This document shows positions 56,623 through 64,000 of a stretch of DNA of 64,000 nucleotides, in pieces. Position numbers and translations under genes: made by a program. Position 1 is the first letter of the stretch; every line of letters starts with the position of its first letter. The stretch spans positions 22,549 to 86,548 of the forward strand of contig JBFGJH010000004.1 in NCBI GenBank assembly GCA_041577335.1, read 5' to 3'. This DNA comes from Acidimicrobiia bacterium. Lineage in GTDB: Bacteria; Actinomycetota; Acidimicrobiia; Spongiisociales; JAENVV01. The notes beneath the pieces were generated by a model, which did no database searches, had not been told where the DNA came from, and saw only the letters and a program-made list of their open reading frames with translations.

Positions 56623-57997
56623 GCACGTGGCTGGTGGAGCGGTCGAGCCGCTTCCTCGAGAAGCGGGTGAGTCGACGCGGGTTCCTCGAGCGGGTGGCAC
56701 TGGCGGGATCCGCCCTCGTAACGGCGCCGCTGACGTTTGCCCTCAAGCCCATATCGGCTTTCCAAGCCGTGTGCAGCTGTTCCGGACAGTCGTGTACGTG
56801 CAGCTCTTTGTGCTGCGATGGATATACCGAATTCTGCTGCACCATCTACGGAACCAACACGTGCCCGCCGGGCTCGAGAGCAGCCGGATGGTGGAAGGTC
56901 GACGGCTCTGGCTTCTGCGGAGGCAAGAACCGCTACTACCTCGATTGCAACGCCTCGTGCAACGGCTGCGGTTCGGGAGCAGCGGTCTCTGCTCCAACTC
57001 CTGCGCCGACTGCAACTGCGGCTGTGCACAAGGCTCGTGCGGAAACCGCAAAGCATGCTGCACCAGTTTCCGCTACGGGCAATGTGGCAACGACGTCGCC
57101 TGCCTCGGTCCCATCATCTGCCGGGTCGTCACTTGCACCGCTCCCTGGGTGTTCGACGCGACCTGTACCACCACCAGCGCTACGGATAACAACACCCGCT
57201 ACCACGATCGTCCCTGCCTGCACGAGAAGACTGCCTATCCCGAGTTCCCGGCCGTGTTCGTCCCTGACGAGCGCCGCTGGTACCTAGCCGACAGCCTGGA
57301 TAGCCCAACGATCAGCTCCTTCGACTACGGGACCGTCGGAGAAACACCGGTCACTGGTGACTGGGATGGCGACGGCACACGAACCACCGGCGTTGTGAGG
57401 AACAGCCGGTTTGGACGATTCGGCGATGGAACCATGTGGTGGAGGCTCCGGAATAGCGTTGGTGAGGGCGAGCCGAGCATGATCTTCTCATACGGGGAGC
57501 CTGGTGACATTCCCATAACCGGAGATTGGAACGGTGACGGCGAAGACACCATCGGAGTCATTTCAGGCAATGTATGGAAGCTGCGCCTTGCCAACAGCGG
57601 CGGAGACCCTGACATCGAATTCACGTTCGGCGAGCCCGGCGACGTGTTCGTCACCGGCGACTGGAACGGCGACGGCGTCGACACACCTGGGTACATCCGC
57701 GGCAACCGGTTGTTTCTCCGCAACTCGAATTCGTCGGGAAGCGCGGACATCGAGTTTGACTACGGCAGCGGAACGAGCGTCGGCCGCTACGTCATGGGCG
57801 ATTGGAACGGCGACGGCACCGACACACCGGCATTCGTCGACGGCACCACATGGTCGATCCGCAACACGAACGCCGCCGGAATCGCCGACGTGACACTTGC
57901 AATGCCGACCACCGGCGTTCCTCTGGCCTGGAGCCCTGGCTCGGTCTCCGTTGGTCCGACCTTGCCGGCACCCGACGGAAGCGCTCGGCTGGCGTGA
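56619..57997 (+). CDS. Tat-signal, hyper-Cys-rich secreted protein with four C-terminal FG-GAP-like repeats; reading frame shifts by -1 near 56975-56995 (frameshift, sequencing error or pseudogene)
   Basis: ATG 56619 overlaps the MauE stop (ATGA). Tat leader MSTWLVERSSRFLEKRVSRRGFLERVALAGSALVTAPLTFA. Cys-rich segment CSCSGQSCTCSSLCCDGYTEFCCTIYGTNTCPPGS...DCNASCNGCG in frame 0. It continues CSNSCADCNCGCAQGSCGNRKACC...ICRVVTCTAPW in frame -1, where GC3 stays high while frame 0 loses GC3 bias. Four repeats follow, of type F(D/T)YGE.GD.P.TGDWNGDG.DT.G. The stop at 57997 overlaps the next gene's start. Confidence 0.6.
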
Positions 57998-58746
57998 CGG
58001 CGCTGGTCGTGACCCTCATTCTGATCGTCTTCCTGCTTGGCGTGCTCGTGGCCGGTGTTCTTCGCAGCCATGCAGAGATCATGCGCACGCTCCACGACAT
58101 GGGCATGCGCGAAGACGGCACATTCGCCGAGCAGCCCCGCAACGCACCGCTCACGCAGCCGGGTGTCTCCCCTCCCCGAACGTCGGATGCACCCGGCGCC
58201 GACATCACCGGGACGAAACCGGACGGATCGCCCCGCCAAATAAGTGTGGTCGGGACCGATCACACGACGTTGCTGGCTTTTCTCTCCACGGGCTGTTCAA
58301 CCTGCAAGGTGTTCTGGCAAGAATTCGGGAGACGACGCGATCTCCACCTGCCCGGCACCGACACTCGCATGGTCATCGTCACGAAGAGCGCCAATGCCGA
58401 ATCGGCATCCCAACTCGCCTCGCTCGCGCCCGCCCACTGGCCGCTGGTGATGTCGACTGAAGCGTGGGATCACTACGGCGTACCCGTCTCGCCATACTTC
58501 ATCCTCGTTGACGGGCCCAATGGGCAGATTGTTGGTGAAGGAGCCGGCACCAACTGGAAACAGGTTCATTCTTTGCTCGGACAAGCCGTCGCTGACGCAG
58601 GGCTCTTTACGGGTGCCGGACGGAACGCAGGCACCGCTACCGGCGCCGAGCGGGAGGCCCGGGCCGATCAAGAGCTGCGAGCTGCCGGCATAGAGCCGGG
58701 CGATCCCAGCCTCTACACCACCGAAGCACCGGAGTCGGGGCAGTGA
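57994..58746 (+). CDS. MauD/TlpA-like membrane-anchored thioredoxin-fold thiol-disulfide oxidoreductase
   Basis: GTG 57994 overlaps TGA 57995-57997 (GTGA). N-terminal TM VTALVVTLILIVFLLGVLVAGVL. Redox motif LAFLSTGCSTCKVFW (CxxC). Gly/Ala-rich C-terminal tail. Confidence 0.75.
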   Translation: MTALVVTLILIVFLLGVLVAGVLRSHAEIMRTLHDMGMREDGTFAEQPRNAPLTQPGVSPPRTSDAPGADITGTKPDGSPRQISVVGTDHTTLLAFLSTGCSTCKVFWQEFGRRRDLHLPGTDTRMVIVTKSANAESASQLASLAPAHWPLVMSTEAWDHYGVPVSPYFILVDGPNGQIVGEGAGTNWKQVHSLLGQAVADAGLFTGAGRNAGTATGAEREARADQELRAAGIEPGDPSLYTTEAPESGQ

Positions 58747-58823
58747 CCTTGCCGTTCATCGTCGGGCTCACCGTCGGGATCAGCGCGGCCATCCGGTCGA
58801 GCTGGTCCCCTTGAGGAGAATCG

Positions 58824-59432
58824 ATGCTTTCGAGCATCACCCCGCTCGGCGAGCGGGGACGGCACAACCGATGGAGCATCACCGCTGCGTGGTACTTGGC
58901 CGGATCAATAGCTGGTGGAATCACCTTCGGGTTGGTGATGGGGGCGCTCGGTGAGGCTTTGGCAACTGTGGCAGAGCCGATGCCGACCGAGGCGGTGAGC
59001 GTGTTTGTGGCGAGCGCGCTGGCTCTGGCCTTGTTGTTCGACACTGGTGTCCTTGGCGAGCGAGTGCCATCGATCCACCGACAGGTGAACGAAGACTGGC
59101 TGGACCTCTATCGCAACTGGGTATACGGCGGGGGCTTTGGATGGCAACTCGGTTTGGGTGTCATCACGATCGTGCCGACGGCCGGCACGTACGTCACGTG
59201 GCTCATGGCCCTTGCGACGGGGCAACTCTGGATGGGGGCTGTCATCGGTGGCGTTTTTGGACTGGCCAGAGGGCTGCCGATTCTGGCGGTCGCCTCTGCC
59301 ACCGATCCACACCGGCTCCGCCGGTTCCACCGAAGGATGGCCTCTGCCGCTCCTGCGGCTCATCGGGCCGTCATTGCGGTCACGGCCGTCGCCCTCGCAG
59401 GATCGTTCGCGGTCATGATCGGCGGCGGGTGA
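58824..59432 (+). CDS. Hypothetical polytopic membrane protein (5-6 TM, no Cys)
   Basis: ATG at 58824. Hydrophobic helices WSITAAWYLAGSIAGGITFGLVMGALG, VSVFVASALALALLF, etc. Confidence 0.5.
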   Translation: MLSSITPLGERGRHNRWSITAAWYLAGSIAGGITFGLVMGALGEALATVAEPMPTEAVSVFVASALALALLFDTGVLGERVPSIHRQVNEDWLDLYRNWVYGGGFGWQLGLGVITIVPTAGTYVTWLMALATGQLWMGAVIGGVFGLARGLPILAVASATDPHRLRRFHRRMASAAPAAHRAVIAVTAVALAGSFAVMIGGG

Positions 59433-59902
59433 TGGCTCAGCTCACCGACCAGGGGATCACCGTGGAGGTTCCGAACGGGTGGGAGGTCGATTTCTACCGA
59501 AGGACGCCCGACGCCATCGCGCTGTCGAACACCAAGCCCGAGAGCACCTACACCGTCGTTCACCTCGCCAACTGGCCGCTTCCTGCCGAGAGGGGCGATT
59601 TCGGCGGCGGGGCAGTGGAATTGATGCGGCGGTCTGATCTCTTGATCATCCTGTTTGAATATGGCCCCGAGCATGTCGGTTCTGCCCTTTTTGCTTCCGA
59701 GGGTGTCCCGTGGCCCCTCGATCCCGATGCATTTGCGGCAAACCAGATGCAGCGTCCGCTCCCCGGCCAGGGTGGCCTTCAACAGTTCTTCACGGTCAGC
59801 CGGCGTCCGTTTTGTCTCTACGTGGTGCTCGGCAGTCTCAGTGATGCCGATTCGCTCGTAGCGGAGGCGAACGAAGTTCTGGCAGGAGTCAGCATCGCAT
59901 GA
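59432..59902 (+). CDS. Hypothetical cytoplasmic protein (156 aa)
   Basis: ATG 59432 overlaps the previous TGA by 1 nt. There is no signal peptide. A degenerate paralogous fragment of its C-terminus lies at ~61990-62060. Confidence 0.5.
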   Translation: MAQLTDQGITVEVPNGWEVDFYRRTPDAIALSNTKPESTYTVVHLANWPLPAERGDFGGGAVELMRRSDLLIILFEYGPEHVGSALFASEGVPWPLDPDAFAANQMQRPLPGQGGLQQFFTVSRRPFCLYVVLGSLSDADSLVAEANEVLAGVSIA

Positions 59903-60897
59903 GGCGCCGCATTGCCTTGATGGTTGCGCTCGTCGCGGCTATGACGATCGCAGCCCCCGCCGGATCAGCGCAGAGCTGGCCGCTCGATGCGTTCATCGAT
60001 GACGACAACAGCGTTCACGAATCGGCAATCGATGTGATCGCCAACCTCGGAATAACGAGCGGCTGCAATCCGCCCGACTTCGACGAATTCTGTCCCGGAG
60101 ACAGCGTCACTCGCGGGCAAATGGCCGCCTTCCTGCGGCGAAGCATCGGTTTGCCGACCAGCAGTACCGACGCCTTCACTGACGACAACTCGTCAGTTTT
60201 CGAAGCAGACATCAACGCCATCGCCGCCGCCGGAATCACGACCGGATGCAACGCGGCAGGTACCGAGTTCTGTCCGGGTGGGACGGTGACGAGAGGTCAG
60301 ATGGCCGCCTTCCTACGGAGAGCAGCCGGAGTGCCGTCGAGCGCAACCGACTTCTTCACCGACGACGACTCGTCCATATTCGAAGCAGACATCAACGCCA
60401 TCGCCGCCGCCGGGATCACGACCGGCTGCGACGCAGCAGACAGCGAATTCTGCCCGAGCGAGGAGGTGACTCGGGCTCAGATGGCCACATTCCTGGTCAG
60501 AGCTTTTGACCTCGTCGCCGGTCCGCCCGAACCCGCCCTCGACTTCGTCCTGGCCTTCACTGGAATCTGCAACGACGACCAGCTGGTCTGCGAAGACGAG
60601 ATCTACTTTCCCGCCGACACTCCGTGGCAATTCGAGGAGGGTTGGTTCTATGTTCTTCCCTTCGAGCCCGGAGACCAGGAAGATTTCGAGTCGGTGGGCA
60701 CGAGCTTCCGTGTGTGGCTCGATGGGGCGTCCATCCCGATGAGTCCCCAGGCCACCGAGACGGTGGGCGGAGAGTCGATTCGCCGGTTCACGGGGACACT
60801 GCCTCGCCTGCAGCCCGGCACTCACTCACTCGTCGGCGAATGGTGGTGGGCAGGAGAACCGCTATATCGAAGCGAGCTCACCGTCTACGTTCCCTAG
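59899..60897 (+). CDS. Secreted cell-surface protein with three SLH-like repeats plus a C-terminal domain (paralog of 25641..27161)
   Basis: ATGA overlap with the previous gene. Signal peptide MRRRIALMVALVAAMTIAAPAGSAQS. Three repeats F(I/T)DD(D/N)(N/S)SV(H/F)E(S/A)(A/D)I..IA..GIT.GC(N/D)....(E/D)FCPG.(S/T)VTRGQMAAFLRR. Confidence 0.7.
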   Translation: MRRRIALMVALVAAMTIAAPAGSAQSWPLDAFIDDDNSVHESAIDVIANLGITSGCNPPDFDEFCPGDSVTRGQMAAFLRRSIGLPTSSTDAFTDDNSSVFEADINAIAAAGITTGCNAAGTEFCPGGTVTRGQMAAFLRRAAGVPSSATDFFTDDDSSIFEADINAIAAAGITTGCDAADSEFCPSEEVTRAQMATFLVRAFDLVAGPPEPALDFVLAFTGICNDDQLVCEDEIYFPADTPWQFEEGWFYVLPFEPGDQEDFESVGTSFRVWLDGASIPMSPQATETVGGESIRRFTGTLPRLQPGTHSLVGEWWWAGEPLYRSELTVYVP

Positions 60898-61156
60898 CCG
60901 CCAGGGCCACGTGGCTAGAAGCCAGCGTGGTGACGGGCCACGAAAGCGTGTCCAGCAATCAACGGTGTATTGCCGCCATGTTCCGCCCATGGGCCAGGGC
61001 CCAAACCATGATGTCCGCTGAGCACAGCTGCGAGAGCCGGAAGGTTCATTCCGTCATTCTGGTGGGGGTCCGAACCTGGTCCAGCGTTCTAGGCATGGAC
61101 GCCTCGCCCTCACCCGGTGCTCATGTTGACCGGATGAGGGTCGCCGGCGAGGAGAC

Positions 61157-61729
61157 CTACTCGTACAGCGGAATCCAGCTGCTCCCGACGTTGGTGGGAT
61201 CGTCGCCCACGAACACACCCTCGGTGTTCACGAGGACGTCACCCGTGAAGACAATCCTCATGTGGGGGGAGTGCATGTCGGGCACCCTGCACGGAATAAT
61301 GTCTCCGAGGTGCAGTCGGATTGTATCGGGGTTGGGGCACGTGTAGAACTTCGCCAGAGCTGCGTAGCCCCTGGCAGGGTCGATGAGCAATTCGTCATCG
61401 CAGCCACCGTACACACCGTCGTCCCAGCCGGTCTCGAGGTTCCATCCGAACGGGAACCCATCATCATCGATGCTTGCAACCTCGACGCCTTGGAAGAAGA
61501 TCTTGAAGTGGGCTTGGCGACCACCGTCGTTCAATCGCACGATGACCTCATCGTTGCTGACGTTCCGGATGACATTGACGCCCGGCGCCGCAGTATCGCC
61601 AGATACATCGTCGATAGGGGTCATGGCCATCGGCGCCGGCTGGGCAGCCACCGCCGGTAATGCCGCCAACATCGTCAACGCGCTGGTGACGACGACGAGA
61701 GGAACCAGGAATCGGGCCTTGCTGAACAT
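61157..61729 (-). CDS. Hypothetical secreted protein (190 aa, 4 Cys)
   Basis: ATG at 61729 with GGAGGCAA upstream. Signal peptide MFSKARFLVPLVVVTSALTMLAALPAVAAQPAPMA. No recognised domain. Confidence 0.6.
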   Translation of the reverse strand: MFSKARFLVPLVVVTSALTMLAALPAVAAQPAPMAMTPIDDVSGDTAAPGVNVIRNVSNDEVIVRLNDGGRQAHFKIFFQGVEVASIDDDGFPFGWNLETGWDDGVYGGCDDELLIDPARGYAALAKFYTCPNPDTIRLHLGDIIPCRVPDMHSPHMRIVFTGDVLVNTEGVFVGDDPTNVGSSWIPLYE

Positions 61730-61872
61730 GTTGCCTCCGATCGGCTCTTCAGAGCCAGCCATACCCCGGTGAAATCAAACGTAGCACACGCGGCTACGGG
61801 GCGTCCGGCCGATCCGGCGGCTTCCAGCCGCAAAAACTGCACTCAGGATCTGCTCCGCCCCGCAGGACGCCG

Positions 61873-61927
61873 GGCAAGGTCACAAAGGTCGCCAGGCAAG
61901 GTCAAAAAGGTCGCCGGGCAAGCAAGG
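61873..61927. promoter_or_regulatory. Tandem direct repeat: GGCAAGGTCA(C/A)AAAGGTCGCC(A/G) x2 followed by a partial third unit GGCAAGCAAGG, 145-200 bp upstream of the secreted-protein gene start (61729)
   Basis: Seen directly in the sequence. Each unit carries two AGGTC(A/G) half-sites 11 bp apart, one helical turn, which suggests a response-regulator or direct-repeat-binding site. Confidence 0.3.
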
Positions 61928-61989
61928 CCTCAACCCTTTTTGCGGCTCGAGGAGCACCATGGCCACTGCATCCGGCGGACTTCCCAGCC

Positions 61990-62165
61990 AACCTGAGGCG
62001 ACGCCTCTTCGTCGTTCTCGGGAGCCTTGCCTACGTGAATGCGCTGCTCGCCGAGGCGAACGACGTTCTCTTCACAGGCGCCGACAAACCGTGTCCATGA
62101 TTTGGCGATTGATGTGATCGCCAGACTCGACATCACGATCGGGTGCAATCCATGGGACAAAGTCC
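61990..62165 (+). pseudogene. Degenerate remnant of a paralogous copy of the hypothetical/SLH gene pair (59432..60897): ...FVVLGSLAYVNALLAEANDVLFTGADKPCP* then, out of frame, an SLH-like fragment HDLAIDVIARLDITIGCNPWDKV
   Basis: Nucleotide and protein similarity to 59840..59902 (LYVVLGSLSDADSLVAEANEVLAGVSIA) and to 60015..60080 (VHESAIDVIANLGITSGCNPPDF). The region has no intact ORF or start. Confidence 0.4.
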
Positions 62166-62180
62166 CCGAGTGGCGCACCG

Positions 62181-62861
62181 CTACGAGAGGGTGTCGGCCA
62201 GCCAGCGATGTAATGGCGCCATCTTGCGCCAATGTGCCATCGCCCAACCAACGATGGCCGCTGAGCGCAGCTCCGGCGGGTGGCGGTAGTCCTCTCCGAC
62301 CCAGAGGGCGTTGTATCTGATGAAGCGCTCCGGCATGGCTCCCTCCACGTCGTACCCGCGCGGCGTTGTCTTGTAATGCTCGCCCTTGACCTCGTACCCG
62401 GCTTTCTCGACCTTCTTCACGGCCGCCACCAACGGTTTCATTGTCGCCGGATCGGCTACGGCATCCCGATACAACACCCGGCGGTCCTCATCAAAACGAT
62501 GGGCACCGACCCCGATCCCTGTCTTCGTGGCAGTCACACGCAGGTAGAACCCGGAAACAGCAGCCTTCCGCTCGCCCTCCCAGAACCAGAAATCCAGATG
62601 ATTTTTGTATGGCGATTTGTCTTGCGAGAAACGGATATCTCGATTCACGCGGAAGATCGAGCCGTTCACCTTGGGCTGATATTCGACCGGCGCCACCTTC
62701 TGGAGCGCCTCGCCTGCGGCAATCACGAACTCCCTGGCGGGGGCCAGCCAATAGCTTTCGTAGTCGGCGCGATTCGCATCGAACCACTCCTTGGAGTTGT
62801 ACCTGGAGAGGTTCTTGAGGAAGGTGGTGGTCTTGGTGGGGAACCCAGCGAACTCTGACAT
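62181..62861 (-). CDS. DUF2461 (TIGR02453) family protein
   Basis: AAGGAG eight nt before ATG 62861. FLKNLSRYNSKEWFDANRADYESYWLAPAREFV and SIFRVNRDIRFSQDKSPYKNHLDFWF are the family hallmark. Confidence 0.8.
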   Translation of the reverse strand: MSEFAGFPTKTTTFLKNLSRYNSKEWFDANRADYESYWLAPAREFVIAAGEALQKVAPVEYQPKVNGSIFRVNRDIRFSQDKSPYKNHLDFWFWEGERKAAVSGFYLRVTATKTGIGVGAHRFDEDRRVLYRDAVADPATMKPLVAAVKKVEKAGYEVKGEHYKTTPRGYDVEGAMPERFIRYNALWVGEDYRHPPELRSAAIVGWAMAHWRKMAPLHRWLADTLS

Positions 62862-62973
62862 GGCTATCGCTCCTTGTGGCGGCGAGTGTTGCGTGGCGAC
62901 CCCTCCCAGCGACCGTACCAGGAGCGAAGGACGGTTATAAGTGGGTCGATTCAGCGGCCGCTACGCTCCGGCC

Positions 62974-64000
62974 ATGCAGTTTCCAGAAGAGTTTGTGTGG
63001 GGAGCGGCAACCTCTGCGTATCAGATAGAAGGCGGCCGACACGAGGGGGGCAAGGGCGAATCGATCTGGGATCGATTCGCGGACCTGGGCCGCATCGAAG
63101 TCTCAGGCGACACTGCATGTGATCACTTCCACCGGTACGCCGAAGACGTGGACCTCATGGCCGATCTCGGCATTGACGCATACCGGTTCTCGATCGCGTG
63201 GACGAGGGTGCTGCCTGATGGGGTTGGTCGCGTGAACCAAGAAGGACTCGATTTCTACAAGCGCCTCGTCGACTTGCTCCTCGAGAAAGACATCACTCCG
63301 TTTGCGACGTTGTACCACTGGGACCTGCCCCAAAGCTTGGAGGACGCCGGCGGCTGGCCGGCCCGAGCAACGGTTGACGCATTCGTTGAGTATGTCGATG
63401 TAACGACGGCCGCCCTCGGAGATCGCATCAAATACTGGACCACCCACAACGAGCCATGGGTATCGGCGTACATGGGCCACCTGGAAGGCGAGTTTGCTCC
63501 CGGCAGGAGCGACTGGGCAGAAGCCGTGGCAGCCAGCCACCACCTCTTGCTGTCCCACGGCCGCGCCCTCCCGGCGATTAGGTCCAACGTAGTAGGCGGT
63601 TCGGCAGGGATCGTGCTCGATTGCCGCCATTCCTATCCGGCGTCTGATCGGCCCGAGGATGTTGCCGCCAACCTCCACTTCGACGGGTTTCGCAACCGTT
63701 GGTTCTTCGATCCGGTCTTCGGCCAGGGCTATCCCGTAGACATGTGGGCCGCGTTTGACGAGCAGGGTCGAATCCGCCCGGGACTTGTGCAACCGGGCGA
63801 TCTGGAAGAGATCGCAACCCCCATCGACTTCTTGGGCCTCAACTTCTATACGTCGCTTCCCATCTCGGCAGGCACCGAGGAAACCGAGGACAGCGGAGTC
63901 CCTCGCGGCGCCAACCCCCCACCGGGTTACACCGAAATGGGTTGGCCGATCGTGCCGCAGGCTTTGACAGAATTCTTGGTACGGCTCCAGGAGGATTACG
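62974..64000 (+). CDS. Glycoside hydrolase family 1 beta-glucosidase (3'-truncated at window end)
   Basis: FPEEFVWGAATSAYQIEGG, acid/base motif TTHNEPW, RFSIAWTRVLPDG. The ORF is open to the window edge. Confidence 0.85.
   Translation, partial: MQFPEEFVWGAATSAYQIEGGRHEGGKGESIWDRFADLGRIEVSGDTACDHFHRYAEDVDLMADLGIDAYRFSIAWTRVLPDGVGRVNQEGLDFYKRLVDLLLEKDITPFATLYHWDLPQSLEDAGGWPARATVDAFVEYVDVTTAALGDRIKYWTTHNEPWVSAYMGHLEGEFAPGRSDWAEAVAASHHLLLSHGRALPAIRSNVVGGSAGIVLDCRHSYPASDRPEDVAANLHFDGFRNRWFFDPVFGQGYPVDMWAAFDEQGRIRPGLVQPGDLEEIATPIDFLGLNFYTSLPISAGTEETEDSGVPRGANPPPGYTEMGWPIVPQALTEFLVRLQEDY

Noticed and set aside
56627-57287. Two fully open overlapping reading frames (56427..57287 and 56627..57997) considered as two overlapping genes
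   Set aside because: GC3 and amino-acid composition show only one frame coding at any position, frame 0 before ~56985 and frame -1 after. A single frameshifted gene fits better than two overlapping genes.
63103-63792. 229-aa minus-strand ORF
   Set aside because: Antisense shadow of the GH1 beta-glucosidase gene, whose NEP and Y-Q-I-E-G motifs fix the plus-strand frame.
1-64000. rRNA, tRNA, transposase, integrase, CRISPR or prophage block
   Set aside because: No sequence resembling conserved rRNA/tRNA features, IS terminal inverted repeats with transposase ORFs, integrase motifs or repeat-spacer arrays was recognised by eye. tRNA detection without tools is unreliable, so absence is not proven.

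Overview
This is a high-GC (~68-70%) bacterial chromosomal segment. It is most consistent with an actinobacterium: several F420-type LLM/PPOX oxidoreductases, frequent GTG/TTG starts with GGAGG-like ribosome-binding sites, and many 4-nt GTGA/ATGA start-stop overlaps. About 65 protein-coding genes are densely packed on both strands. I did not recognise any rRNA, tRNA, CRISPR array, transposase or integrase. Most of the window is housekeeping or accessory metabolism. The parts that stand out are listed below.

- **Alpha/beta-hydrolase-CHAT giant protein (198..3353, minus strand).** A 1051-aa single polypeptide fuses a lipase-like alpha/beta hydrolase to a C-terminal CHAT caspase-like protease. 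This architecture resembles prokaryotic conflict-system effectors.
- **MauE - Cys-rich FG-GAP protein - MauD operon (56.1-60.9 kb).** A translationally coupled operon runs MauE-like membrane protein, then a Tat-signal hyper-Cys-rich protein with four FG-GAP-like repeats (carrying an apparent -1 frameshift near 56.98 kb), then a MauD/TlpA-like thioredoxin, a membrane protein, a hypothetical protein and an SLH-like surface protein. It looks like a dedicated extracytoplasmic disulfide or cross-link maturation system for a novel secreted beta-propeller protein.
- **Cell-envelope polysaccharide operon (34.3-43.0 kb, minus strand).** About 9 kb, including an unusual MOP-flippase-APH-kinase fusion.
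- **Paralogous SLH-like surface proteins.** Three proteins carry triplicated N-terminal SLH-like repeats with a conserved Cys pair. One contains a near-perfect 186-bp tandem duplication, and a degenerate remnant of a fourth copy lies at about 62.0-62.2 kb.
- **AAA_33 kinase-LLM oxidoreductase fusion (6112..7605, minus strand).**
- **An orphan truncated phage-tail-collar (MdpB-like) gene (20241..20489).**
- **A ~730-bp AT-richer non-coding island with small peptide ORFs (23265..23991).**
- **A 22-bp tandem direct repeat upstream of a secreted protein gene (61873..61927).**

All coordinates come from my own reading of the sequence. Product calls rest on recognised motifs, not on database searches.
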